A stretch of DNA of 64,000 bases from Paraspadella gotoi (Eukaryota; Animalia; Chaetognatha), in the NCBI GenBank assembly GCA_051294375.1, contig CM119271.1, positions 9,204,363 through 9,268,362 on the forward strand, given 5' to 3'. The notes below the pieces were generated by a model. That model was not told the origin of the DNA and ran no database searches. It was given only the letters and a program-made list of their open reading frames with translations. This document shows, piece after piece, positions 32,757-46,600 of this stretch. The position numbers and the translations under genes are program-made. Each line of letters starts with the position of its first letter. Within the stretch, counting starts at the first letter, position 1.

Positions 32757-32796
32757 GTCACGAAAGGTCACGAAAGGTCACGAAAGGTCACGAAAG
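32757..32796 (+). repeat. 10-bp tandem repeat (AGGTCACGAA)n running into an N-gap
   Basis: gtcacgaaaggtcacgaaaggtcacgaaaggtcacgaaag followed by Ns. Confidence 0.9.
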
Positions 32797-33323
32797 NNNN
32801 NNNNNNNNNNNNNNNNNNNNNNNNNNNNNNNNNNNNNNNNNNNNNNNNNNNNNNNNNNNNNNNNNNNNNNNNNNNNNNNNNNNNNNNNNNNNNNNNNNNN
32901 NNNNNNNNNNNNNNNNNNNNNNNNNNNNNNNNNNNNNNNNNNNNNNNNNNNNNNNNNNNNNNNNNNNNNNNNNNNNNNNNNNNNNNNNNNNNNNNNNNNN
33001 NNNNNNNNNNNTAGTCAACGCACTTAGGATTCTCAATTCTGACAATGACTTCTTTTAATTTATGCGCCAATTTAAAATGTATTTAAATTTTACAAGGCAC
33101 CCAAGCAATTCCCGCCATCAATCAAGTACGAGAAACAATCAAAATCCTTTAATGAAAAATCTTTCTTCATATAATCTATCCATTTACCGCTGAAGCAAGC
33201 TTCGTCGTCGTCACACGGTCATCTTCATCATCGTCACCTCATAAGTCATAAACATCATCTTTATCATCATCATCGTCGTCGCTGTCGTCGTTCGCTTTCA
33301 CATAACCATCAAGAAGATCGTCT

Positions 33324-33354
<31 letters not shown>

Positions 33355-33989
33355 GGCTTCATTGTGAATCTTTTTCCCCCCACAAGATTTTTCTCTCTCT
33401 CGCTATTATTCCGTCCGACTAATTTTACCCTTGCGGATCAGAGAGAGATTAGGTACGTGGAACTATATTTGCGTAGANNNNNNNNNNNNNNNNNNNNNNN
33501 NNNNNNNNNNNNNNNNNNNNNNNNNNNNNNNNNNNNNNNNNNNNNNNNNNNNNNNNNNNNNNNNNNNNNNNNNNNNNNNNNNNNNNNNNNNNNNNNNNNN
33601 NNNNNNNNNNNNNNNNNNNNNNNNNNNNNNNNNNNNNNNNNNNNNNNNNNNNNNNNNNNNNNNNNNAGAGAGAGAGAGAGGAGAGGAGGCGACATTCAAC
33701 TCGACGACGTTTTCATGTTTACGAAATTTTCGAAGTCATTTCGAAAATGTTGAGATTTCCGTCAGTCTCTCAGTCTGTCTCTCTCTCTATCTGACTGCCT
33801 GTTAGTCAGTCAGTATCACTGTTTATTCAATCAATCAATCAATCAATCAATGCATCAATCAATCAATCAATCAGAGAGAGAGAGAGAGAGAAACTTAAAA
33901 AATTCAAATAAATGTCTTTTGGTTTTCTAATTTGGAACCTCTTTCTCCACTCCTACGATTCTCATTCAAAAAATTTTATATCCAGCTTT

Positions 33990-35215
33990 TATCACATACT
34001 TCCTACCCACACACACAAATTGCCATTTCGATTTATCTATCAATTTTAATAAAACATTTAATAATTATGAGTCAATATTTCAAGTAAAAAATTACTTTTA
34101 AGTAATATGAATCTTTTTGTTTTTTCCATTTTAACTCATTTTTCCACTCGCACGCATTCCATTCAAACTTGTATTATCAGCTCAAATCTCACACTTTCCC
34201 TACCATCATACAAATTTTCAAGTCAATTGCCCTATCCACTCATGGAGCCGAATTGGCGTTCCAAATAGTATGAAATATATTTTTCGTTTTTTCCATTTAA
34301 CAACAATTTTCCACCTCGGCACGATTCCCTCAAAAACTTTCACTATCCATCTCAATCACACTGCTTTCCTGACCCATAAGGCGTGGTCAAAATTTTTGAA
34401 CACTTTTTATAAACTTTTTAATTCTCTTCCAAAAAAAAATATTCCTTTTTTCCTTCTATTTACTAATCGATTTTCAATGTAACTTTTTGAAATTAGCTTC
34501 ATTTGGGTTGTTGCACCTGAAGCTTTTTTAAAACTTATTTTATTAATAGCTATAACGAAATGAACGAAATTTTTTTTTTCTTTTAATTAGTTTTTAAGAA
34601 CGGATTCCTTATAGGAGCTTGGAAAAGTTATATGAAGTTTTAGTACTACAATTTTTTTAAAATTTTGACAAGAATTGCGTTTAAAAAACAGAAAAAAAAC
34701 GTTAAAAAAATTCATCCATCATCATGCTATTGCATTTGGCTGAATTTTATAGTTTTTTAAAATTTTTTATCAATAAAACAAAAAATTTTTTAAATTTTGT
34801 ATTAATAACCTTCATCTTAACTTTTAAAGGCTCTATCAGAATCCTATTAAACAAAAAATTGAAAAATTTAAAAAATTTTTAACTTGTATATAGCTAATAA
34901 AGATGAAATTCTTTAAATGCTTTCCCGTGCGCTTTATTAATAAGATAATTTTTTGTTAAATTCAGTTTTATTTTCATATTTTCTTCTAACAGTCACTTTT
35001 TATCATTATTTATTTGATGAGCATACTTTCTTAGTTTTCAACCTGTTTCTGGCTCCTACTACCCACACATACAAAATTCACTTACCAATTCCATCCATTC
35101 CAATCACGAGTAATTGGAGTTTTTTCTGCTAAGTGGACGGACGACGCGACGGACGGCACGTTACGGACGGGACGTACGCGACGGGACGGACAGACAGACG
35201 GACGGACGGACATTC
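33990..35215 (+). mobile_element. Possible non-autonomous Helentron/HINE (DINE-1-like) remnant
   Basis: cctacccacacacacaaatt occurs near 34000 and 35055, followed by a (GACG/GACA)n microsatellite at 35134-35211, a feature of DINE-1/HINE elements. Termini not resolved. Confidence 0.35.
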
Positions 35216-38200
35216 GTTTTTTCTTGCCCATAATTTATCATTAATTCGATTGTTTCTGCACTGATATAGCAGTGTGCTGCCCGACATATTGCAGCGGGGC
35301 GGACCGGACGGATCCGAAAAAGTGGAGTTGATGCAGTCGGATTCTGCTGCATAAGCAGATCGACTAAAAAATTTTAAGAACTAGAATAATAATAAAAATA
35401 ATAATAAACAATAAGATAAAAGCAGAGCAGNNNNNNNNNNNNNNNNNNNNNNNNNAAGAAAAGAGAAAAAAAAAAGAAGAAAGAAATATATAAAGAAAAC
35501 AAGAACGAAAATTCAAATGACCGACCGAAAGAAAATCGTCTCATAGAGTCGCTCCGCGAGTATTCACGGCGCAACTAAAAATTTGGCGACTCAGTAGATG
35601 AAATCAATATCTAAGATTCAACCTATTAGATAATATATTATATTATTTTTAATTACGTATTATTTTATTATATCAATTTATATAATAAGTTTCCGCCGAT
35701 CGGCAAAATGACTTTCTTTTTTAAGAATCTTTCCATCCTCGGCGGAGGTTGGCTCTCCGCTGTAATCCCAGCCTTGGGTGAGATTGGACAGGAATGTGAG
35801 GGTCATTCAATCCCATGAAGATATCCGATTCGTCATATTAAGGATGTCCGCCACGGACCCACTCTACCATCTTGGGGTCTAATTGTTTCTCCGGTTCCGG
35901 TCGATCTCCCGGAGGAAAGAAGTCGTCGACCAATTGAATCCCCGGGTCAATGGCAGCATGGGATCGGATTAGGGACAGCGGGTGTATCGTCAGAATGTGC
36001 CAGACCTGTTCCATGATTTTATTTTTTTAATCGAATCCACACGAGACATAAATGTAAAGGTTAATGATATTTAAATAAAAACTTTATTATTTTTGCCTCA
36101 ATGGTAATTTGGTAACATCTGTGCGTCAGTTCATGGTTCGAGCCTCATAACCAACAAGTTTAATAAACAAATGAATAAAAGAAATCAAGAAAATATTTTT
36201 TTGTTACATTGAAACAAAGATTTTAAATTTATTTCGCATCGCGACTCTGTTTCTCTCTCATTTTCTCGTTAATTTGTTTGCGCTCAATAGAATTAATAAA
36301 ATTGTAAATATAATTAACTTTATAAAAAAAAAGAGTTTGTGTTCTATTCTATTCTCGCACTCGGATGAAAATTCATTTTACTCGGATTATAATTTTTTTA
36401 GCGGAGTGAGAGGAGAGGTACAGGAGTGGAGATGAGATGCGCTGGAGCAAAGGAGGAGCAAGTTTAGTAGAGCGGTAAAGCTTTAAAAAAGGAGGGAATT
36501 ATTTTTTTTTTAAACCGCTTATATCTGTTGCGCTGCTCAAGGGACGTTTTGGTTGGTTTTAAGGATGATAGGATGATGATGTCTCTCTGTCTGTAAATCC
36601 GTTTTCCTCCCAGGAAACTTCAAGTGAAAAATCTTGGAAAGATCAAAAGCAAAGATTGTTCTTCAACGGTTTCCCCCAACATCTTCTCTTTTCGTATTTC
36701 TTCCATATCAAAAAATGATCAAAGAATAAATTAACTGCTAAACAATACAGAATAGAATTGTAAAACCAAAAAAAAATTAATGGGACCTGGAATAATTTAC
36801 TACTATATGCAAATGAGAGGACAATTCTAAGAATCTATCAGTTACACTTCAATTTGTTGTAACTTAACAACCTCCCACCGAAAGCCGCGATTCAACATTC
36901 CCGATTTAGATCACCCCTCATCGCTTTTTCCTTTTGCTTTTTCGCTTTTTTTTTTTTTGCTTTTTCGCTCTTTTTTCGCTTTCCTATTTTTTTGCCCCCC
37001 GATGAAAATCCGATTATGATTCTCATCCTCGTCTGGTTTTTTCCCGATACTCGATCCCTCGTTGACAAAGCGGAAAGACAATTTGTTTGAAAAATCCGTC
37101 AGACTAATGAGAGTTTCTAGTTTTGCGCTTGCGCGTTGGAGTAGCATTTGGCGATTGTTAAAGATGCACTGATGTTTGTGCTTTTTTTTGGGTAGTTTTA
37201 AAAATGGTCATTCAATCAGAATTCAGTACAAGTAATTAGTATTGTGTTCATTTTTTGTTTTAAATAGTTTTTCGAAATTTTTCTTTCATATTTTTTTTAT
37301 TTTAAATTTATATTTCATTTTTTTCTCATTCTTTCTCCCTTTAATCAAGATTCCGAAATTAAGATAAATCGGCCAACAACTTCGGTCCGCCCTCCCCTTT
37401 CCCTTTGACAAACTCAGAAAGGAAAGTTTCTCTTCTTTTATTAAAAAAAAATGGAAAAAAATGGTAAAAAAAAGGGAAATGAGAATTTAAAGGGCGATGG
37501 AGAAAATGAAGAAATGGAGTTGACGAATGACTCGAAGAATGGAGAATATGACGGGGATATACGAACGCTCTCTCCCTCTCTCTCTCCCTCCCTCTCTCTC
37601 NNNNNNNNNNNNNNNNNNNNNNNNNNNNNNNNNNNNNNNNNNNNNNNNNNNNNNNNNNNNNNNNNNNNNNNNNNNNNNNNNNNNNNNNNNNNNNNNNNNN
37701 NNNNNNNNNNNNNNNNNNNNNNNNNNNNNNNNNNNNNNNNNNNNNNNNNNNNNNNNNNNNNNNNNNNNNNNNNNNNNNNNNNNNNNNNNNNNNNNNNNNN
37801 NNNNNNNNNNNNNNAATCAAGGAAAAGGAGATCTTGAGTGAGAGAAGAGATAAATGAAAGCAGAGAAATGGAGAAGAGAGGGGCGTCGACGGAGAGAAAG
37901 GAAAAAAAGAAAAGAGAGGGAATAGATAGGAATGAGATAGAGATGGAACGAAGAAAAGTATGGCACGTTAGGAATAGATAAAAAAAAACAGCGAGATAAA
38001 GATTCTATTTTATTTATATTTTATAATATTTAATAATTTCTTTAAAAAAAAAAATTGAAATCAGAAAAAAAATCACAATCAGTTTGCATACATTCTGTGA
38101 TTATTTCAATAATGAATAGATTTATAAAGTTGACGATCAACTTACCTTTCGAGCTTTAATCCAATCACAATGTCAGCCAGGCGCAAACCGGACAAAAGGA

Positions 38201-38989
38201 CAGACAGCTACCCTAACACGGACATCTCACAGACGCACAGACTCTTCCGACGGACTCTTGGCGCCACTCGCAACTGAAAAGGAATTCGTTCCTCATTCTC
38301 TCGCCCCCCCCTCACTCCGCCCCCCTTTATTCCTCACCCACTTATGCGAAGACAACTTTCCCTCCCGCGTTTCCAGTCATGAATAATGTAAAAGAATATA
38401 TTCACTCACTCGCCCTTACCTTTCGTCGAAGAGAAGACTAAATAGTAAATACGCTACGTCTACGAAAAAAAAAATTGTTTTTTTTTATCGTCCGACATTT
38501 TTTTTTCTTCCTCTCATTCCTCCTCCCTTTGGCAAGTTTTCTATTCATCCTTTTTTGGATATAGCTAATTCTTTATTCCTTTTACATTTCTCCGTTTTTT
38601 TTTATTTTATTAATTTTTGAAATATTATTATTTTTTTTCGCTACTTATCTTTTAACTTTTCATTTACTTTCTAATAGTTAATTTTGCATTTTTACTCAAT
38701 ATTCATTCGTAAAATTTTGCCCCGCCTTCATTATTAATTAATTTATTTATTCATTAATTCATTAATTCATTTTTTTATTTTTTTATTTCTTTTTTTCATT
38801 TATTTTACATTCCTTTCATACGATTTCTATTTGATTCCTAATTTTTGATTCATTTTTTATTCTTATTCATTTTTTATTCCTTATTTCTTTTTATGTCTCT
38901 TTTCCTCGTCATTCATTCATCCTTTTTACATATTTTTTCACTCTTGATTTTCTGTCTTATTTTCATTCCAATCCAATCGCTTCAAAACA

Positions 38990-39062
<73 letters not shown>

Positions 39063-39912
39063 CCCGCCCTCTCTCTCTTTTCCCTCTCTCTCCCTCTCCT
39101 CTCTCTCCTCCCCCTCCCCCTCTTCCATTCTGCCAACGATGAAAAAAAAAAAGTTGCAGCGGTCATCGAGCCAGACGAAGGTGCTCCGCTATAATCTCAT
39201 TTGCATATTCGGGTTATCGCACGAGAAGTAATGAGCGAAGGATGTCGTAAACCGATTGTGTTTTTCCTGGTTCCGCTTTTTTTTTCCACGAGAGAGAGGG
39301 AAGAGGGAAGAGGGGAAGAAAAAGGGAAGAGGAAGGGATAATCGATATAAAGGTAGAAATGAGGGAAGATATTATAAAAGGAGAAGAAAAGGGGGAGGTA
39401 GAATAAAAGAAATTAAAAAGAAAAGAGTTTAATAAAAAAAAATACACAAGAGAAAAAAAAAGGACGCTTTCCTTAGTTTAATCAGTCGTGGGGTTCTCTC
39501 TCTCTTTTTTTATGACAAAAGTACAAACTAATTTTATTATTTTTTTTCTCTTTTTTTATGGTTTTGTTCATTTTTTTTCTCTTCCTCTTCCTCTTTTTCT
39601 TATTCTCACTGAGCCTCAAATTTAAAAGATGAAACCTCTTTATAATTTCTTTAAAATTTATTTTATTAATTTATTAATTTTATAAAAAGACTGACCGACC
39701 AAAAATTGAATCCCACATGCCGCCGCGTCTAAAAAAAAAGAAAGAAAGGTAAAGAAAGAGAAGAGAAGGCGAACGAAAAAAAAATCTTTGGTTCGAGGAA
39801 AGGCAGAAAGGCGTGTCTGTGTTTGGACGCGGCGAGAGCGACGAGTTGATTCCAAATGCCTCATTATGACGATTCTCGCTTACGCAGGAAAAGCGGGGGA
39901 GATTGATAGAAG

Positions 39913-39968
<56 letters not shown>

Positions 39969-40699
39969 GGAGAAGAGGAGAGGGAAAGAGAGAGAGAGAG
40001 AGGAGAGGGAGAGAGAGGGAGAGAGGGAGGGAAAGAGAGAGAGAGAGAGATAAACCCCATCAAATCGGCGCTAAAAAAACCAGAAATTCGCCAATAAAAT
40101 CCTCGACAACGACAACAACGACAACAACGACAACAACGACAACAACGACAATCGACGCTCGCTACGCCTATCGGCGGGCGAGTAAAACCTCAACGACGAA
40201 CAAAAGAGCAGTCGACCGTAAGCTTCGCGTCAAAAACATGTTCTACGTTTGACGGTCGACGACGTCGGTTGACGAGGCGTGGTCGTCGTCGTTGTTGTCG
40301 TTGTTATCGTTATTGTTATTGTTGTTGGAGAGGGTGAGACGTGAGCGTGAATCTGATGGACAATGAAACGCGATGTTTGATGCGTGACACTTTATCCCGA
40401 AATCAGGGGGCACGACATTATGTTTTCTTTTTTGATATTATTTGTAAGGAATGACTGGAATGACTAGATTTTTTATTAAAAAGTTTTGTAATTTCATTCA
40501 ATAATATTTAACTAAAATTAACACCCTATTTTTGTTCCGAGTGGCGTATTGAACATTTTTCTGTCAGTATTTATGTTTATTTAAGCAATTTTTTTTTTGA
40601 TGCGACTATTTGAAGTTTATTTCGCGAAATTTAAACCAAAATAAAATTATCTATAATTTCGTATTTTTTCTTCCACATTTCGGTCTCTGTCTATTTTTC

Positions 40700-41512
40700 G
40701 TCCATTTCGATTCTATTTCGATTCCATTTCGATTCCATTTCGATTCCATTTCGTCTTCTATTTTCGTCATTTTTTTTTTGCAATTTGTAAAAAAAGAAAA
40801 ACAACAACAACGACTAAAATGACAACAACCNNNNNNNNNNNNNNNNNNNNNNNNNNNNNNNNNNNNNNNNNNNNNNNGGGGGCGGGGGTGGGGGGCGCCA
40901 AAATGACGATCTGGCGTTAACGGGGAGTTAAGATTGTAACGTGGAAGGTGACCATTGACCATTGACCACTGACCACTGACCACTGACCAATGATAACAGG
41001 ACCTTCGCAAGATGATCAATACGGTCAGTGTACGGACATCAAGGCCGGACAGACGGGCAAAGATTTTCTTCGATTTCGTCGACGTCAGATTTTCTTTTTT
41101 TTTCTTCCTTAATCTCGTCAACAAAACAGAACAAAACAAAACAGAAAAAACAACAACAATAATAACAAAGGCCGATTGGATGTGACGTCGTGTCGAGACC
41201 CGGTTGCTGGCTTGGGGGTATAAATAATTCATTCATTCATTCATTCATTCATTCATTCATTCATTCATTCATTCATTCATTCATTCATTCATTTATTCAT
41301 TCATTCATTCGTCCGTTTATTCATTCATACATACATTCATTCGTTCATTCATTCATCCCTTTATTCATTCATGAATGGTAATGCAATTTGACAAATATCG
41401 CATCTCCTCGTACCTCCTCCGCATCTGTGCGCATCTGTGCGCATGTGCTAAACTGCAGGCATCGTTATTTTTTCCCCACCAAGATCGTAATTTTCAAATC
41501 CAGTTTATCATC

Positions 41513-41549
<37 letters not shown>

Positions 41550-42870
41550 AAAAAGAGAGAGATTGGTCCATTTTCGATTGCTATTTCGATTCCAATTTCG
41601 ATTCTGACCATTTCGATTTCCATTATTTTCGTCTTCTATTTTCGTCATTTTTTTTTTGCAATTGTAAAAAAGAAAAACAACAAACGAACGAACTAAAATG
41701 ACAACAACCTACTTTTTCCTCTTTATCAAGAAATCAATGCTTTTTCTTTGTTCTCTCTTCCTCCCTTCCTCGCCTCTCTCACTATTCCTTTTGAATCTTC
41801 CTCGCTTTCTTCATCCTCCCCCCTCCCTCTCTCTCTCTCTTCTCTCTCTTCTCTCTCTCCCCTCTCTCTCTCCTCTTCTCTCTCTCAATCTCCTCTCTCT
41901 CTCTCTCTCTTCTCTCCCAGACTTACCCACTTACACAACCTTCCTTTACTTTCCTCCAATTCCCAGCCCTCACCTTCCTCTTCCTTCCACATCCTTTTTT
42001 CCAGCACCCCACCGCTCCGATGCCCCCCCCCACAACCCCGCTCGCCTCGTCACGTGCCGACGTCTCCGCGGACTCGCGCGCGAATCCGAAAACGGAAGTG
42101 GCGTCCCGTGGCGGAGTGTGTTGGGCGGGGTGGGAGGCGGCGTTGGCTGAATAGGAGGCGTAGGAGTAAGGAAGGGAGCAAGGAATAAGAAACAAAATGG
42201 GGGGCGGGGGTTGGGGGGCGCCAAAATGTAGATCTGGCGTTAACGGGGAGTTAAGATTGTAACGTGGAAGGTGACCGCATGACCATTGAACACTGACCAC
42301 TGAACCACCTGACACATGATAACAGGACCTTCGCGAAGATGATCAATACGGTCCAGTGTACGGACATCAAGGCCGGAACAGTCGGGCAAGATTTTCTTCG
42401 ATTTCTGTCGACGTCAGATTTTCTTCTTTTTTTCTTCCTTAATCTCGTCAACAAAACAGAACAAAACAAAAACAGAAAAAGACAACAACAATAATAACAA
42501 AGGCCGATTGATGTGACGTGTGTCGAAGACCCGGTTGCTGGCTTGGGGGTAACTAAAATAATTCATTCATTCATTCATTCATTCATTCATTCATTCATTC
42601 ATTCATTCATTCATTCATTCATTCATTCATCATTCATTTATTCATTCATTCATTCGTGTTTATTCATTCATACATACATTCATTCGTTCATTCATTCATC
42701 CCTTTATTCATTCATGAATGGTAATGCAATTTGACAAATATCGCATCTCCTCGTACCTCCTCCGCATCTGTGCGCATCTGTGCGCATGTGCTAAACTGCA
42801 GGCCATCGTTATTTTTTCCCACCAAGATCGTAATTTTCAAAATCCAGTTTATCATCCATTCTCTCTCTCT
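40700..42870. repeat. Direct duplication around an N-gap: 40700-40830 ~ 41565-41710 and 40878-41545 ~ 42199-42870
   Basis: Near-identical blocks including the (TTCA)n tracts, differing mainly by small indels; the larger pair is offset by ~1320 bp. Confidence 0.9.
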
Positions 42871-42882
42871 CTCTCTATCTCG

Positions 42883-42922
<40 letters not shown>

Positions 42923-42923
42923 T

Positions 42924-42958
<35 letters not shown>

Positions 42959-43302
42959 CTCTCCTCTTCTTCTCTCTCTCTTCTCTCTCTCTCTCTCTCT
43001 TCCGCTTTCGTTGGACTGGCGACAGATGGCCGCCAAGATCAGCTGGCCTCGCTCGTCAGAGAAAAAAGAAGATAGGCGGCGACGATAAACAAAAGGGAAA
43101 AGGCGGGATTTTTTACGGCGCGCCGCCATTAAGAGAGTTATCCCGCCGCCGCAGCCCGCCGCTGGAGCCCGCTGGCCGCCCGCCTCAGCCCGCCGCCGCA
43201 GGCCCCTAAATCAACCGGCGGCGCTAATCAACGGGGGGAAATCCCGGTCGAAACGAGGAGGGGGTAATAAAGTTGGAAGTGGGTGGGGCGTGAAGAGAGA
43301 GA

Positions 43303-43350
<48 letters not shown>

Positions 43351-43667
43351 AGAGAGAAGAGAGAGAAGAAGAGAGAGGAGAGAGAGAGAGAGAGAAGAGG
43401 AGAGAGAGAGAGAGAGAGAGACGCCATTCCATTTCCTCTCAATCTTTTCGGTCAGCCGAAAACTGGAGGAGAATAATAGCGGATGCGGCGGATTCGGCGG
43501 CGGGCGGCGGCGGCGGAGGCGGCGGCGGCGAGGATTCATTCAATGACGTCAGTCGTAGATCGAGATTTTTGCTCTTGGATGCGATTAACAATTAAATCCT
43601 CGCTCCACATCGGAACCGATTAACTCTGTCTCTCTCTTTCCTCCACGCACTTCGTCTCTCTCTCTCA

Positions 43668-46600
43668 GGGGGTACCATCACAGATACCCTATGACCAACC
43701 GCAGTGATTAAACAAGGTCAAAGATATACGTTCAAACTGGAGGAGGAAGTCTGAGGTCAAAGTGCAGTTTATACAAGGCCACCCGCTTACAGATACAAAA
43801 TGCAGGATGCGCATCTTTCAGCAGAAACAGAAATGGGCATCTGAAAAAATAACAAGCATCACATATTGTGCAGGTAACCGCAAATTCAGCATTGCCCATA
43901 CGAAAAACTGAGTTAACGGTTTAATACTAAAGATAAAATAAAGAAATTAAATAATCTATAGCACCAATATTACTGATAACGACACTAGGCTTAAAAGAAG
44001 ATAACTACGTGGTGAAAGGGATACATTACAATAATAAGTGATCCACCCATCAATTCGCGAGGACCTGGGGGGTATTAATATTGTTACCAAAAAGAGTACA
44101 CAGTAATTGAAGAACATACCTAAGTAAAGACATGAATCCGAACACATAATAACATGCATTGAACATAGCAACACAGGAAGACTCATTTTAGCGGCAGTTT
44201 CATGCACATGCCAGGTCAAAAAGTCTTTTAAAATTTTTTTTAAAAGGACTGTAGAACTTCGGCAATAAATATATATAGACGCACCATTATTATAATGGGA
44301 AGATAATAAATGCCAAATTGAGCAGTTAAGAGAAAGGAATCAAATACAGAGGGTAAAATCCACCTTTGAAAAACTCTTAGATGAGCTAAATTTGAAATGC
44401 ATCAAATACAGGTGATCCAACGTATTACAGCTTCTCGAACAACTCAACTGCCTCATTAGATCTAACATCGGTAATGATAAAATTGGCTTCGTAGACTACA
44501 GGCAATGAAAACGCTTGATCAATTCAAAGCGATCACGGCTGCCAACAGAAGTGGTCCTGGAAAGCAACGAGGAAATTAGAGTTAAATTTTAGAATGACGC
44601 TTGAAGATAAATTGGAACATTCCCGAGATAAAAACTAGAACAAGCCTTCGCAATCACTGCTTCAGTGAGTGAGAAATATGCCAAAATGAAGATCATTGAA
44701 AAATGGGCACGAATCCTTTCGAATATTGTTAGCCAAACCGCAGGCTACGTCGTCAAGACAACATAAAATTTATGTTAAAGGGTGAAGTAAAATTGTCAGG
44801 AAAGCAAAGTGTTGTTGAATCTCAAGCGTCAAAATTCATAATTGCGGAGAAGGCATAACGACATGAACACTTTAATAAGAGATATTAAGGAAAATCTACA
44901 ACGCAAGTCAGCTCTTGAAAATTGAAAAAAGTCAACTGAAGAATGACTCAGAAATACATTATGAAAAAAGGGTCAGTGAGGATCGGCACTCAAAATGACG
45001 CCAACAAAAAAATGGAGGATATAGTAAGGACATCGCAACATGAACTACGGCGGTAATGTAAGTCCCTTCCTCCACTGAGAGGGGAGATGGATCAAAGGCA
45101 ATCTCGGCCGGAAGAACGTGCAAAAGTACATGCAAGAAGGCTAAAGAAGATCTACAATCCGGTATATCGACCCAACGTACGATGAAAAACTGGCATAAAA
45201 ATAGTTGAGAACACCTGCGAAAGAAGAAAAAGGAAAAACTGACATCTCTATCACACGCAAAAGTGAAAGAACAAGATAGAAAGAAGAGGGATTTTAACTT
45301 TGAAACGACTTGAAAGCGGCCTTGGGAGCTGCAAAAATAATCCGCAGCAGGCGAGGATGGAGTAACCTACCTAAATGATAAAAAATGTTCCGTCAGAAGT
45401 GGTGCAGAACAACTTCTTCAGATTTTACAACTTAATGTTGGTCTCGTGGAGTCTACCCTCTGCATTGGAAAAGGCAAAATTAATAACATTCCAAAGAAAG
45501 GTAAAGATCTCACAAAATCAAAAAGTCATAGACCCCATTAGCCTAATTGGTCCTGCGTTGGCAAGTATTTGAGAGATTAATAAAACCTAAGCTCATAGGA
45601 GACTAGACAGGCTCTGCATGAAAATAAATCTCTAGAGCGGCTATAAAAAAAACCGTAGTCCCACAAGATCACTTATTTCGTCTAAACTGAAACTACATAT
45701 CAGGCATTTAAAGAAAAAAAGTTGCGTGCTGGGGCTTGGTTCTTGGATGTTGGAACTGGCCTTTGACGCACCTGTGGTGGAAGCGGTTTTTGAGATACAA
45801 GCTTGCTCGCAAAAAGAATTTCAGGCCCCTCAAATCTTACGATCATAAGTAATTTTCTTGAAAAGATAGATCGATTAAAGTCTTTATGGGAAAAGCAGTG
45901 CTGAGGCCGCTTTAACATAACCACTGGTACTCCACAGGTGGCATAATTAGTCCGGATCTCTTCAATATCCATACAGATGACGTTCCTTTGAGCTGGCACG
46001 AGAGATCTCACCTGCTCAATTCGCGGATGACCAGGCAGCCTGGATTCGTTGCCGCCAGGAAAATCCTTTAAGAGGGAAATAAAGATGGAACGTCTGACAA
46101 GACACTGGAGGATTTGGTGTCCGAAAGTGGAGATTAAAGCTAGCGCCACACAAATCGAATTGGTTTGTAATTCAGATCGACTACCAAAGACATTTAAACG
46201 AAGAATGTGTGTAATAAATTTATTAGGTAATATCCAGTTTCGGTAAGTACAATCCGTTACTTTTTCTGGGGGTAGATTGAACCAAAACTGCTCTGGAAAG
46301 AATACAATTAATGAAACCATGACGAAGGCGAATCAAAAAGACTGGGTGTTTTCTACGTAGAAATAAGAAACCTACCAAACGCATCACGATTAATACATAA
46401 ACTATATAACGTTATGAATAAGAACCTTATTCGAATACGATCAACGAGTTTATAATCCCCATGTCAGAAGTTCATTGGAACAAATTGAAAAAATACATAC
46501 ACAATCTCTGAGAGTTGCTTATAACTATCCCAAAGTACGGGCAAATCATCGAGTCTTAGACTCTGAGTGTGGGAACAGCCGATTAAGATGCATTTAAAGA

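Noticed and set aside
39192-39240. miR-216/304-like seed TAATCTCA in a weak hairpin
   Set aside because: Pairing is poor and the motif is better explained as an octamer site.
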